Assembly: GCA_965204375.1 (NCBI GenBank) | Contig: OZ241986.1 | Location: 96,001-160,000 of the forward strand | DNA: 64,000 nt | Direction: 5' to 3' | From: Candidatus Latescibacterota bacterium | Lineage (GTDB): Bacteria; Latescibacterota; UBA2968 | In this document: positions 19,017 through 29,259 of the stretch, one piece after another | Numbering within the stretch: position 1 is the first letter of the stretch | Layout: each line of letters opens with the position of its first letter | The notes under the pieces: model-generated | What the model was told of the DNA's origin: nothing | Seen by the model: only the letters and a program-made list of their open reading frames with translations | Databases searched by the model: none | Program-made: the position numbers and the translations under genes

Positions 19017-19744
19017 CGCGTTTCTCCTTGTGTTGTTTGTGTATAATATTCATCGGGTTGGTCAGATGTTACCACTGCGCCATTTTGTGTCCGGATTAAC
19101 CCCTTCATCGCCCTGTACATGACGTAAATCGAAATGGCTGCCCAAACAAATGCAATTGGATATGCCAGGATCTCTATGCCGAAATACCGCGCCAAAATCC
19201 CCGCATCGGTGCGTTCTGTCTGCATCCACAAATCCGTGCGAAAATCGTACAAGCTGTACAAACACAAGACTATACCCGTCCACGTTGCCAGCACATGGGA
19301 TAAGCGACCAAATCGAATCGTTACGACAATCAGTACGAGACCGCAGGTTGCGCCAAACCAGAAATCGAGTGTCCCAAATGGCGTGTACAGTGCAGCCATT
19401 CCAATTTGCAGAATACCGATCAATCCGAGCAATATTCTTTGCGTGCCCAGCCATCGGCCCGTGTAAATCAGCAATGCACCGAGAATGGCCGATCCCACAT
19501 AACCCGCTGAACTGATGAGTGGAAATATGCCCCCTCGGCTGATCACATGCCCCGACTCATTCCACCGTACGCGCAGTTCCTCTACTTCACCACCTGTTGC
19601 AATCGCCATACTCGCATGGCCCATTTCGTGTATCCACACCACAAATACGCGAAATGGTTTTATCACGGGCGTGTCCCACAATGCCAGTGCGATAACCGCC
19701 AATAGCAGATGCAACCAGAATGTTCTTATTATGATCATTGCCAA
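19013..19744 (-). CDS. Peptidase M50B-like membrane metalloprotease
   Basis: HEMGH, ATGG, AGYVG, TDA motifs. Confidence 0.85.
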   Translation of the reverse strand: MAMIIIRTFWLHLLLAVIALALWDTPVIKPFRVFVVWIHEMGHASMAIATGGEVEELRVRWNESGHVISRGGIFPLISSAGYVGSAILGALLIYTGRWLGTQRILLGLIGILQIGMAALYTPFGTLDFWFGATCGLVLIVVTIRFGRLSHVLATWTGIVLCLYSLYDFRTDLWMQTERTDAGILARYFGIEILAYPIAFVWAAISIYVMYRAMKGLIRTQNGAVVTSDQPDEYYTQTTQGETR

Positions 19745-19751
19745 TACAAAC

Positions 19752-20741
19752 CTATCGTCCAGATTCCAGGTTTACGGAAACGGCGTCCAATTTATCTCGC
19801 AATGCGGCGTCCAGTACCCATCCCACGCCTCCGATATTGTCCTCTAAATGCGCGATGGTGTCGCCACCTGTAATTGCCACGGTTACTTCGGGATGCGACA
19901 GGACCCATGATAGGGCGACTTGTCCCGGCGTTTTATCCAGTTCATCTGCTATATCAAACAGGGTTGTTAGCACTTTTCCCTCTGCGCCTGCCATCATGGT
20001 TTCGTATTGGTCCATTCGGCGTTTTGCCCACAGCGAACCTTCGGGCGGAGGCGCGTCGGGTTTGTAAAACCCGCTCAATAGTCCCACGGCTAATGGACTG
20101 TAAACCATTATTCCCAGACCCTCGCTTCGCACAAAGGGAAAAATTTCCCGCTCCAGTTCGCGGTGTAGGAGATTGTATGGATTTTGCATGCACATATACG
20201 GTACCAGATTCAATGCGTGTTGAATCCAGAGTGCTTTGCACGCTTGCCATGCCGAATGGTTACAACACCCGATATAGCGCACTTTGCCCTGATGCACCAG
20301 GTCGTCCAATGCGCGTGCGGTTTCTTCAATCGGTGTCGATTCATCGAAGTTATGTACGAGATACACGTCGATATGATCGGTATCCAATCGGTTCAGCGAG
20401 CGCTCCACTTCCCGCATGATGTGATAGCGGGATAGACCCTGATCATTTGGTCCCGTGCCTATGCGGCTAAATACTTTCGAGGTAATTACCACATCGTCTC
20501 GCTTGCCCTTCAAGGCTTTGCCCAACACCACTTCTGAACGCCCGATATGCGTGCGATCATCACCGGGACCATAGGTGTTGGCGCAGTCGATCAGGCTTAT
20601 GCCCAGGTCTATCGCCCGCTCAATAACCCTTTGTCCTTCTGCCTCGTCTGCCTGTCCGCGAAATCCCAGACCCAGTGCCAGCCGACTTACTTTCACACCT
20701 GCTGAACCAAAGTTGACATATTCCATAATATCTGCTCCCAT
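19752..20741 (-). CDS. Aldo/keto reductase
   Basis: IDCANTYG, ITSKV, GKVRYIG, YSPLAVGLL; start may be 20726. Confidence 0.92.
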   Translation of the reverse strand: MGADIMEYVNFGSAGVKVSRLALGLGFRGQADEAEGQRVIERAIDLGISLIDCANTYGPGDDRTHIGRSEVVLGKALKGKRDDVVITSKVFSRIGTGPNDQGLSRYHIMREVERSLNRLDTDHIDVYLVHNFDESTPIEETARALDDLVHQGKVRYIGCCNHSAWQACKALWIQHALNLVPYMCMQNPYNLLHRELEREIFPFVRSEGLGIMVYSPLAVGLLSGFYKPDAPPPEGSLWAKRRMDQYETMMAGAEGKVLTTLFDIADELDKTPGQVALSWVLSHPEVTVAITGGDTIAHLEDNIGGVGWVLDAALRDKLDAVSVNLESGR

Positions 20742-20748
20742 TAATTAT

Positions 20749-22056
20749 TCATATTTTTGCCAGTAAGACCGGTGCGAGTTTGTCTCGTGTTTTGTGTGCC
20801 CAGGCTTGCAGGTGAGTTTTCAAATTTGCGACGGTTTCAGAGCTTGCCATCTCTTGCCAGCGGTTTTGCCGTTCCCCCGGGTCGCTGGGCAAGTGATACA
20901 GTTCGGGTTTCCTAACGGTTGATAAAATTAGTTTCCAATCGTCTGATACCACACACCGCTCTTCTCCTTTATCGAGTTCGGGCTGATTGGGACCTTCGCC
21001 TTTTTTATCGATAAATGGCGTATTTACTATGATGAGTGCTTCGCGTCCTGTTTTGCCACCCTGTCGGATTGAATCGCTGAGGTCTATACCATCGAGGCCC
21101 TCGGAGACTGCATATCCCAGGAGGCCGAGGATTGTCGGTATCAAATCGACCGAACTGATGAGGGTTTCGCCGATTCCACCGCTGGCAATTGCCGTGGGGA
21201 ATCGCATGAGCAGAGGGATGCGTGCGACAATATCATAACAGAGGCGTTTGCTGTGGTCATTCCACCGGTGGTCAAAGAGGTGACCGTGTTCGGAGGTAAA
21301 AACAACGAGGGTATTTTCTGCCATTCCTTTGTCATCGAGTGTTTTCAACAGGTCGCCAACTGCATCGTCAATCGCTGTACACATCGCGTAGTATTTGCGC
21401 CGTTTTTCGTCCTCGGGATAGAGTTTTTGATAAAGTGCTTCGTATTTTTCAGGGACGGAATAAGGCGGATGAGGGGGATAATAGGACACATAAGCACAGA
21501 ATGGACGCGCGTCCTCTTTGCGAATAAAGTCAATGGCGTCTTGTGCCAGCACATCCGTTTGGTACACTTTTTTTTCGTCGATGGTGTAATAATGCCCTTG
21601 TCCCCGTCCGTCGCGGGGATATGTGGGCATTGTCTCCCAGACGTCTCGTGCGGGATCTCCCAGATGCCATTTGCCAAAGTAGGCACACCGATATCCCACA
21701 GCTTTGAGGAAATCGGGAAAAAGCGGTATTTCTGGATCTATATCCCATGTGTTTTCGAGCACGCCGTGATTGTGCGGATAAAGGCCCGAGAAAATTGTGC
21801 CGCGATTTGGCGCGCAGACGGGTTGTGCGGCGTAAGCTCTGTCGAATCGCATTCCGTCCGATGCCAACCGATCCAAATTGGGTGTTATAATGCCCTTTTT
21901 TCCATAACATCCCACGCCATCCCGGCGCTGTTGGTCCGTTAAGATGAATAGCAGATTGGGTTTTGGTTCTGCGGTAGTCTTGCTCATCATCGACAATCCC
22001 ACAGCCGTGCTGCCCACAGTTCCTACGAAATCTCTCCGCGATACATTTTTTTTCAT
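20749..22056 (-). CDS. Sulfatase with Tat signal peptide
   Basis: SRRDFVG twin-arginine motif; PNLLFILTDQQR, CAPNR, GKWHLG, PHPP. Confidence 0.9.
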   Translation of the reverse strand: MKKNVSRRDFVGTVGSTAVGLSMMSKTTAEPKPNLLFILTDQQRRDGVGCYGKKGIITPNLDRLASDGMRFDRAYAAQPVCAPNRGTIFSGLYPHNHGVLENTWDIDPEIPLFPDFLKAVGYRCAYFGKWHLGDPARDVWETMPTYPRDGRGQGHYYTIDEKKVYQTDVLAQDAIDFIRKEDARPFCAYVSYYPPHPPYSVPEKYEALYQKLYPEDEKRRKYYAMCTAIDDAVGDLLKTLDDKGMAENTLVVFTSEHGHLFDHRWNDHSKRLCYDIVARIPLLMRFPTAIASGGIGETLISSVDLIPTILGLLGYAVSEGLDGIDLSDSIRQGGKTGREALIIVNTPFIDKKGEGPNQPELDKGEERCVVSDDWKLILSTVRKPELYHLPSDPGERQNRWQEMASSETVANLKTHLQAWAHKTRDKLAPVLLAKI

Positions 22057-22057
22057 A

Positions 22058-23071
22058 TCAATTCCCATCACATTTCACCAGTCGCTTGCCAATATTATCA
22101 CCTCGCAGCATGCCGATAAATGCACGTGGCGCGTTTTCCAATCCCTCGACAATATCTTCCCGGTAATTGAGCCGGCCTTCCTTTAACCAGACCGACATTT
22201 GCTGTAATCCTTCGGCGTGTTGATCGGCGAAATCACCCACCAAGAATCCCTGCATTCGCAACCGCTTGCCAATAAAGCCACTCATCATCCGAGGTCCCAT
22301 TTCCGGTTCGATGAGGTTGTATTGCGATATTTGCCCGCAAACGGAAATTCGACCCCACATGTTCATGAGGGAAAAAACCGCATCGGTAATGCTTCCGCCC
22401 ACGTTGTCAAAATACACATCTACGCCATTGGGGCATAAGCGTTGCAATTCGGCGCGGTAATCCGCTGTGGTTTTGTAGTTGAATGCGCCATCAAAACCCA
22501 GACCGTCAATGGCATAGTTCACTTTTTCATCGCTGCCGGCTATGCCAATGGCGCGGCAGCCTTTGATTTTTGCAATTTGCCCGACCAGCGATCCCACAGC
22601 ACCGGCTGCTGCCGAGACCACGACGGTCTCGGCAGCTTTGGGTTTGCCGACTTCTAATAAGCCAAAATAAGCTGTCAATCCCGGCATGCCGAGAATGCCG
22701 AGTGCGGTTGAAACGGGTCCCAGTGAAGGATCTATTTTTCGGAGGCTCTGTGCTGAAGAAACCGCGTAAGCCTGCCATCCGTGATCTGCCCAGACAATAT
22801 CTCCGGGCTGAAACTCAGAATGGTTGGATGCAATTACTTTGCTTACACTCCGTCCAATCATAACCGCACCAATTTCTACATTTGGCGCGTAGGATTTTCG
22901 ATCATTGATGCGCCCGCGCATGTAGGGATCAACGGAGAGGTACTGCGTTTTCAAGAGCAGTTCCCCTTCGCCGGGTTCGGGAATGGGCGATTCTTGAATT
23001 GAGAAATCGGATGTTTTGGGATATCCGACTGGACGCGCTGCCAATCGAATTTGAATATTTTTCTCTGCCAT
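22058..23071 (-). CDS. NADP-dependent oxidoreductase (CurA/YncB-like), paralog of 15255..16256
   Basis: SVDPYMRGR, LGMPGLTAYFGL, FDNVGG, CGQISQYN. Confidence 0.92.
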   Translation of the reverse strand: MAEKNIQIRLAARPVGYPKTSDFSIQESPIPEPGEGELLLKTQYLSVDPYMRGRINDRKSYAPNVEIGAVMIGRSVSKVIASNHSEFQPGDIVWADHGWQAYAVSSAQSLRKIDPSLGPVSTALGILGMPGLTAYFGLLEVGKPKAAETVVVSAAAGAVGSLVGQIAKIKGCRAIGIAGSDEKVNYAIDGLGFDGAFNYKTTADYRAELQRLCPNGVDVYFDNVGGSITDAVFSLMNMWGRISVCGQISQYNLIEPEMGPRMMSGFIGKRLRMQGFLVGDFADQHAEGLQQMSVWLKEGRLNYREDIVEGLENAPRAFIGMLRGDNIGKRLVKCDGN

Positions 23072-23156
23072 ATTAACTCCATATCAAAATTTTTAGGATA
23101 AAAGAATGGGCAGGATTCCCCTCATCGCCACTGCCAGTAAACTGCTTTTGTCCATT

Positions 23157-23210
23157 TTTCATCTGCATTCATCTGCATTCATCTGCGTGCATCTGCGTGC
23201 ATCTGCGGAT
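23157..23210 (-). repeat. 10-bp tandem repeat x5, CAGATG family
   Basis: Minus strand ATCC-GCAGATGCAC x2-GCAGATGAAT x2-GCAGATGAAA, overlapping the uxuA stop codon. Confidence 0.88.
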
Positions 23211-24238
23211 CATTCTGCATAGACCGCTTCTCGCAAGCCCTTTAAATATCCGACGGCGAATAGTCGCGCGATGCCTTGCTCGTCGCCAAATTGCTCGTCT
23301 CCCATTTTGGGATAGTGGTCTGGCCGGCACACGCCATCAAATCCAGTGTCTCGATATGCGCGCAAACATTCGACGAGGTCTGTTTTTCCATCGTCGTGAA
23401 ATGTCTCTTCAAATTTATCGGGTTGGCCGACGACATCGCGGATGTGTAAGAAATGGATTTTTTTCTGTTCGCCAAAGTGCCGGATGACCGAGGGCAAATC
23501 GTCTGTCATCAGTGTAAAATTGCCTTGGCAAAGCCCAATGCCATTCATCGGACTCGGTACGAGATCAACGAGTTTTTGGTAATTTTCTACGCTGCTCATA
23601 ATGCGCGCAATGCCGCGGATGGGCGACAGCGGTGGGTCGTCGGGGTGCAGGGCCAGTTTGACGTTGGCTTCTTCGGCCACGGGTACAACGCGCTCGAGAA
23701 AATACTTCAGATTGGCCCACTGTTGTTCCTCTGTCACGGTTTCCGTGGAGATCTCTTGCTGGGCTATTGATTCGCCGTCAATATTGCGTATGGGACGCTC
23801 GGCGGGATCGCCTTGCGATCCCAGGGCATTGAGATCAAATCCACTTACATGCGCGCCGCCCCGAGATGAAATGGATCGGGATGTACGCATGACTCCCAGA
23901 ATGGGCATCCACGCATAACACCACACGGGGATTTCGAGTTTGCCCATGTTCCGAAGCAATTCACAGACCACCTCAATTTCCTCGTCTCGCCCGGATAATC
24001 CCAGTTTGATCTTTTCCATGGGCGGCCGCGATTCGATGACCTCAAGAGGTATTCCGGCCGCTTCGTAAGCGGCTTTTGCTTGTGCCAGCGATGTGTAACT
24101 CCATGGCTGTTCTTCTGGCTCTGCGTCCGGTTTTGGGCGCAGTGTTATGCCTCCAACCGCGCCTTCGACCCCACATTGTTTCATGAGTGTCCACCTCTGA
24201 CTGGCTTGTGGCGGTGCCAGGATAGCAATTCTCAGCAT
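23210..24238 (-). CDS. uxuA: Mannonate dehydratase
   Basis: [38 protein letters not shown]. Confidence 0.88.
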   Translation of the reverse strand: MLRIAILAPPQASQRWTLMKQCGVEGAVGGITLRPKPDAEPEEQPWSYTSLAQAKAAYEAAGIPLEVIESRPPMEKIKLGLSGRDEEIEVVCELLRNMGKLEIPVWCYAWMPILGVMRTSRSISSRGGAHVSGFDLNALGSQGDPAERPIRNIDGESIAQQEISTETVTEEQQWANLKYFLERVVPVAEEANVKLALHPDDPPLSPIRGIARIMSSVENYQKLVDLVPSPMNGIGLCQGNFTLMTDDLPSVIRHFGEQKKIHFLHIRDVVGQPDKFEETFHDDGKTDLVECLRAYRDTGFDGVCRPDHYPKMGDEQFGDEQGIARLFAVGYLKGLREAVYAE

Positions 24239-24428
24239 GACTATTTCCTTTCGCTGTTGGTGTTTTTGCCATTTTTATCGCTGTCCAATATATGCAGACC
24301 GGATGCGACATGCCATAAAAAACCCATCGCTAGGAGCGCGATCTAAAAGGCTTTTGAGAAGCTGTGCTCTTGCATATATTGACAATGATAAAAGGCGATC
24401 ACTTCTCGGCATACAAGGAGGCTCTGCT

Positions 24429-25535
24429 ATGACCTGTTGGAAAATTCTCGCTGTCATCCTGTTGATTACACCACCTCTGTTTGCTCAGGAGCAATCTGAG
24501 AATCGCTACCAGAGCGCGGCGGAGCGTTTTTTTGCGCGCAATGACAAAAATAAAGACGGCAAATTGTCGCGGGAGGAATTTCCCGAACGACAGCGCCGTC
24601 TGTTTGAGCGAATTGACACAGATAAAGATGGCTTTGTCACACTCGAAGAAGATATTTTTTTTCGCAACAATAGACGGAGGAATACCGTGAATATTCCAGA
24701 AGGTGTAACTGTCCACCGAGATCTGATCTACGGACGGGTTGGGGAGAGAGAGCTTCCCCTCGATCTCTATCTTCCGCCCGATATATCATCCCCTGTGCCC
24801 GTGGTGATATGGGTTCACGGGGGCGGTTGGCGTGGGGGATCTAAAGGCAATGGCGGGCGGGCACTCAATATGACCACACGCGGATTTGCCGTTGTTGATG
24901 TGGAATATCGACTCAGCGGCGAAGCCCTCTTTCCAGCGCAAATAGAAGACTGCAAAACAGCCGTGCGCTGGGTGAGAGCAAATGCAAAAAAATACAATCT
25001 CGATCCCGACCGCATCGGCGCATGGGGATCGTCTGCTGGCGGTCATCTCGTAGCGATGATGGGTTTAACGCATGATGAAAATGTATTTGAGACGGATGAT
25101 CACAGACAATATTCGAGTCAGGTGCAGGTGATATGCAACTGGTTTGGTCCTACAGATTTTTTGCGTATGAATGATTTTGAAGGCCGAATTGATCACGACG
25201 CAGCCGATTCTCCCGAGTCCAGGCTCATTGGTGGTCCTATCCAGGAAAATAAGGAGAAAGTCGCTGCGGCTAATCCCATTACTTATGTCAGCAAAAACGA
25301 TCCGCCTATGCTCATCATACATGGGGAAAAAGATCTGTCGGTTCCGTATAACCAGAGTGAGTTGCTCTATGCTGCGATGCAAAAAGCGGGTTTGGATGTC
25401 GCGCTCTACAAGGTTGTCAATGCCGATCACGGCTTTCGCAATGCCACGCAAGATAGCGCGGCATCGCTCTTTGAAATGTCCGCTCAATTTTTAGAAAAGC
25501 ACCTCAAACCCCAAACGGATACCGCATCGCCATAA
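24429..25535 (+). CDS. Secreted alpha/beta hydrolase (BD-FAE-like esterase) with N-terminal EF-hand pair
   Basis: AAGGAGG SD; signal peptide; [12 protein letters not shown] and [12 protein letters not shown]; [20 protein letters not shown]. Confidence 0.87.
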   Translation: MTCWKILAVILLITPPLFAQEQSENRYQSAAERFFARNDKNKDGKLSREEFPERQRRLFERIDTDKDGFVTLEEDIFFRNNRRRNTVNIPEGVTVHRDLIYGRVGERELPLDLYLPPDISSPVPVVIWVHGGGWRGGSKGNGGRALNMTTRGFAVVDVEYRLSGEALFPAQIEDCKTAVRWVRANAKKYNLDPDRIGAWGSSAGGHLVAMMGLTHDENVFETDDHRQYSSQVQVICNWFGPTDFLRMNDFEGRIDHDAADSPESRLIGGPIQENKEKVAAANPITYVSKNDPPMLIIHGEKDLSVPYNQSELLYAAMQKAGLDVALYKVVNADHGFRNATQDSAASLFEMSAQFLEKHLKPQTDTASP

Positions 25536-25554
25536 GGGCATAATGTGAATGAAT

Positions 25555-25593
25555 AAGCCCTGGAGAATTCAATCTCCAGGGCTTTTGTTTTTT
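25555..25593 (+). terminator. Intrinsic terminator
   Basis: AAGCCCTGGAGA-loop-TCTCCAGGGCTT followed by a T-tract. Confidence 0.8.
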
Positions 25594-25621
25594 AAAGTAC
25601 AGACATTCAGACCGTAGTCAG

Positions 25622-26227
25622 TTAACGAAACTCCAAACTCGCCACAATTTGCTCATATTCGGTTAGTGGATAGCCGGCATCTCGGCTGCCATTGCCGATC
25701 ATGTAATACCCCACCCCATTGTGGATGGCTATGGCTACGAGAAATCGGGTGCCGGGATATGCCCGGTTGGAGCGTTCTATTTGAGAATAGCGGAATTGCC
25801 ACTGAATCGCCTCGCCCACCTTGAGTTGGATGCGATGTTTTTCGCCGATAACGCGATATTGATCAAATGCTGGTATCAGAAACCGGTCTTCAAACGCCTG
25901 AACGAGTTGATCCAGTGTCATTGTGTTGAATTCGGCTCGTAGTGCTTGTGGCTCCAGGCGCATTTGCGGGCGAAAGTCACCTGTAATTCCAGGGCTGAGA
26001 ATGCGTACGGTTACGGGCGATAAACCATTGATGTCTCTTTGTGATGTAATAGTTGCGACATCGATACCCCACTGTTCGCTGGGACGACTGACTCGAAATC
26101 CCCATGAGTTGTTGGTATAAACAAGCCCGTCTAAACTGGGTTCAGGCTCTGTGGGGATTGGTTTACACCCAGAAGTTACCAGCAGGCTACACAGGGCCAA
26201 AGCGCAAAATATTCGGACGTGTATCAT
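25622..26227 (-). CDS. Hypothetical lipoprotein (PsbP-like fold possible)
   Basis: AAGGAG SD; lipobox-like VTSGC; YTNNSWGFRVSRP..W and final IVASLEF resemble PsbP/DcrB-like domains. Confidence 0.65.
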   Translation of the reverse strand: MIHVRIFCALALCSLLVTSGCKPIPTEPEPSLDGLVYTNNSWGFRVSRPSEQWGIDVATITSQRDINGLSPVTVRILSPGITGDFRPQMRLEPQALRAEFNTMTLDQLVQAFEDRFLIPAFDQYRVIGEKHRIQLKVGEAIQWQFRYSQIERSNRAYPGTRFLVAIAIHNGVGYYMIGNGSRDAGYPLTEYEQIVASLEFR

Positions 26228-26269
26228 ATCGATCTCCTTTTCGATCAATCGCGAAAGCAGACAAGTACT

Positions 26270-29173
26270 TTATTTGACGCCAGATGGCTTGGCTGTGTTC
26301 CTGTCGCGTTGGAGCAATTCCGGGTGCAGGCGATAAAATATCGCTTCTATCTGCTTCAGACCCTCTGCTTGCACCACAAAACGTCCATCAATTACTACAG
26401 TTGGCGACCTTGTCGGTATCACGCCGAGTGCTCGAGCAGTGGCGTGTATTTCTGCACTGTTGTCTGTTCCGCTGATGTCAATGCCCATCTGTTTTAAGCA
26501 GTTTGCCACAGAAGATGTGTCGGAAATAGCCTTCTGTTTGTGGCATAACAGCGCGTCAACTATCTGCTCTGGAGCGGTCTGTTGTGCCTGCCGAAATAGC
26601 GCGTTTTGTTTGTCATTGCCTACAAAATGCAGGCGTAAGCGCTCAGGTGCCTGGACTTTTTTGCCCCATTGCAAGAGTCGTTCTGCTATTTGTAATGCTG
26701 GAGACACACTAACATCCATAAACAGGTCCATACCCTCTAAATTTTGGCCTTGAAAAACTCGCGCAATGGGTGTCAATAGCACGGTTGGCACAAAATGATC
26801 GCCAACGCGCTGCATCAGGTGTGTAAACCGATTAAAATGGGCTGTTTTCTCAAATTCATTATTCAACACATAAGCTGGCACCCGATCCAGCCTATAACGC
26901 GCAATCAGGTTCTGTCCCATCTCGCTGTTCACATCTACGGTTTGGAACTCAGCTCCGGGAAAGAGCGATAGTGTGGATCGAATAAACGAATACGTATCAC
27001 ACACTGCACAGGTCGCGTCGTTGAGAATGGTCGTTTGAAAGGGAATGGGATCGCGCACTTCGCATTGCGCGCGGGGTGTTCCGCCGTTTAAGCACAGGCC
27101 AACTTTGCCCGTATGTACACAATCCCGATCGCTGAGGCACTCGGGAACATCGGCGCAAAAGGGCAAATTTTTATTATTGCGACAGATGAGCTGCGCCACC
27201 TCCTGAGAAGACGTTTTGACATCGCGCCCATTTACGCGCAATGTGGGCGATGCGTTGATCCCAAGCAGATTGGCTCTGCGAATATTTTCGGCAAATAATG
27301 CTTCACCCGCATCGCTTTCGGACAACTCGGCGATTTTGTCTGTGTCCATGTTCACCTGTGTTGCACAAACGCGCCAATCGGTTGCAATGCCCGATTTATT
27401 GCGACACAAAATGTAATCCCAGAACCGATCGGGATAAAGCGACATCACAACGGTTTGCCGAATGCCTTCGGCGATTTCTCTATCGCCGTGTAAACTGCGA
27501 AAGCGACCCGATCCCGTCGAGGTCGTCGCCTGACATCCCGGCTGTGTTGTCCGTGTCGTGCGTGCGACAGGGGGTGGCGATGCGACATCCTTGGCACTCG
27601 CTTCGTCTGCGATAAAATACAGGTGAAAGTCGATTTGATCCCTCAATTTGCGAAACAGAGGGGCAAGGGTTTGTTCTGCATGTATGCCATAGGGACAATC
27701 TGCCATCACAAATAGCTCGACGAGGGGGCGACCATTTTGGCTCTGTCCTGTTTCACCATGCCCTGTGTCCGATTTGGTTATTGCGTGCGAAGAACCGTGC
27801 CCCTTGTGATTCACTTCTGCCAGCATATCGGCAAATCGGGTGTCAAAGTCGGGCGTCTGGTTTGCATCGTGACAGCGCTGGCACAAATCGGGAGATGGCG
27901 TGCGGCGGATATTGCGGATTTCTGGACGCCGAGCGTGTTGTTCTCCCGGGCCGTGGCACACTTCGCATTGCACATTTGTAAGCCGTTTGACATCTTTGCC
28001 AATTCGAAATCCCGTGGGGTATCCAAAGCCCGTGGTATGACACGTTACGCAGTCGGGCTGATAGTGTTTTTGTTTTTGCAACAAGCGATTAAATGCATTT
28101 GCATGATGCGATTGTTCCCAGTCTGCTACCTCGGTAGCGTGGCATCCTTTACATGTTTCTACCCCGACATATCTATTGGTGCCCTGACGCACCTGATCTT
28201 CCAGTGCAAATCCCGCAAATCTCGGTCGCGCTGTCTGCTGCAACGCTGAATTTTTTTGAACCAAACTGTAGAATTCATCCACGAGCCGCTTCACGGTGCG
28301 GTCTTCGCCAATGGACTCAGAGAGCAATACAGAGGTGATTTGTTCTGCTGTCACCCGTCCATTTTCTACGTTTAAGATCGCCTGTCCAATTGCCTTGCCC
28401 TGAGGCTGGGTGCCCAGCAACAGGGTATTGCCGATCCGATGGGTTGTTTCGGTTGATCGTGCGCTGATCATCACATCTATATCGATGATATTTTGTACGA
28501 GGTCGCGTTCTGCCTCTCGATCCAAATCGCTCAATACAACTATGAGATCGGTCTTTTGACGCACAGATGTGACCGCTTCCAAGATGCCATCAAGTTTAAC
28601 ATCTACACCATCGGGCACATTTATGTGTGAGACTTCCATTGCCATACCGTGTACTTCAATGTTCCGTTCACCCGCCACACCTATGATACCTACGCGCACA
28701 TCACCCGCGTCCAGAATTCGCACGGGTGCCCCCATTTGCATGTCGTTTATCTTCAAGTTTGCACTTAGAAAAGGGGCGCCGATCGAATCGCGCATGGTTT
28801 CAAAGAACGCTTGTCCAAATCGCAATTCTCCCACACCGACATTGGCGGCGTCGTAATGGATGGCTTTCATGGCTTTCAAATGTATTTTGCAACGCAATTG
28901 GTCCAATACGGTATCGCCCGCAAATAGACTGCCGGCATCTAATAACAGGGCATTGGGATAAGATCGCTTTAAGTCATTTATCATTGTCGCACGCCGCGCA
29001 ATGCCGCCGAGCTGATTGTCCGCACAACCACACACTTCCAGGAAGCTCTGTGTGTCTCCTGTATAAAGTAATACCACCTCTGCCGCTCTACTTTGCCCGA
29101 TGAGACAAAAGACAGCTAATAGGAGACACAAAATGAGGGGAGATCTTTCACATCTGTGTTCATCTGTGTTCAT
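26270..29173 (-). CDS. Exported multidomain protein: UshA/5'-nucleotidase-like N-domain, tetraheme cytochrome c554-like domain, thioredoxin/GILT-like domains
   Basis: CGC...GGIARR, DAG, SANL; four CxxCH (CKGCH, CVTCH, CEVCH, CQRCH); FVMADCPYG, SLHG, SPTLRVNG, CAVC. Confidence 0.8.
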   Translation of the reverse strand: MNTDEHRCERSPLILCLLLAVFCLIGQSRAAEVVLLYTGDTQSFLEVCGCADNQLGGIARRATMINDLKRSYPNALLLDAGSLFAGDTVLDQLRCKIHLKAMKAIHYDAANVGVGELRFGQAFFETMRDSIGAPFLSANLKINDMQMGAPVRILDAGDVRVGIIGVAGERNIEVHGMAMEVSHINVPDGVDVKLDGILEAVTSVRQKTDLIVVLSDLDREAERDLVQNIIDIDVMISARSTETTHRIGNTLLLGTQPQGKAIGQAILNVENGRVTAEQITSVLLSESIGEDRTVKRLVDEFYSLVQKNSALQQTARPRFAGFALEDQVRQGTNRYVGVETCKGCHATEVADWEQSHHANAFNRLLQKQKHYQPDCVTCHTTGFGYPTGFRIGKDVKRLTNVQCEVCHGPGEQHARRPEIRNIRRTPSPDLCQRCHDANQTPDFDTRFADMLAEVNHKGHGSSHAITKSDTGHGETGQSQNGRPLVELFVMADCPYGIHAEQTLAPLFRKLRDQIDFHLYFIADEASAKDVASPPPVARTTRTTQPGCQATTSTGSGRFRSLHGDREIAEGIRQTVVMSLYPDRFWDYILCRNKSGIATDWRVCATQVNMDTDKIAELSESDAGEALFAENIRRANLLGINASPTLRVNGRDVKTSSQEVAQLICRNNKNLPFCADVPECLSDRDCVHTGKVGLCLNGGTPRAQCEVRDPIPFQTTILNDATCAVCDTYSFIRSTLSLFPGAEFQTVDVNSEMGQNLIARYRLDRVPAYVLNNEFEKTAHFNRFTHLMQRVGDHFVPTVLLTPIARVFQGQNLEGMDLFMDVSVSPALQIAERLLQWGKKVQAPERLRLHFVGNDKQNALFRQAQQTAPEQIVDALLCHKQKAISDTSSVANCLKQMGIDISGTDNSAEIHATARALGVIPTRSPTVVIDGRFVVQAEGLKQIEAIFYRLHPELLQRDRNTAKPSGVK

Positions 29174-29180
29174 CTGTGGT
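29146..29180 (-). repeat. 10-bp tandem repeat, CAGATG family
   Basis: Minus strand ACC-ACAGATGAAC-ACAGATGAAC-ACAGATGTGAAA. Confidence 0.82.
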
Positions 29181-29208
29181 AGCTTTCTGTTTTCTGAATT
29201 TTACCTGT

Positions 29209-29238
29209 AAAAAAAGGCCCGATATTTCATCGGGCCTT
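29209..29238 (-). terminator. Intrinsic terminator after lepB
   Basis: AAGGCCCGAT-loop-ATCGGGCCTT plus T-tract on the minus strand. Confidence 0.75.
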
Positions 29239-29259
29239 ATAAATACCATTTTTTTTCGG

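Noticed and set aside
23157-23210. CAGATG arrays as CRISPR repeats
   Set aside because: Contiguous 10-bp units with no spacers and no cas genes
26225-26248. Shared 'EKEIDM' leader upstream of two lipoprotein genes (also 38621-38640)
   Set aside because: Explained by similar purine-rich SD and spacer sequences; too short to imply a shared element
29015-29040. Selenocysteine in the UshA-like CxC motif
   Set aside because: Both residues are encoded by TGT/TGC-type Cys codons and the ORF has no in-frame TGA
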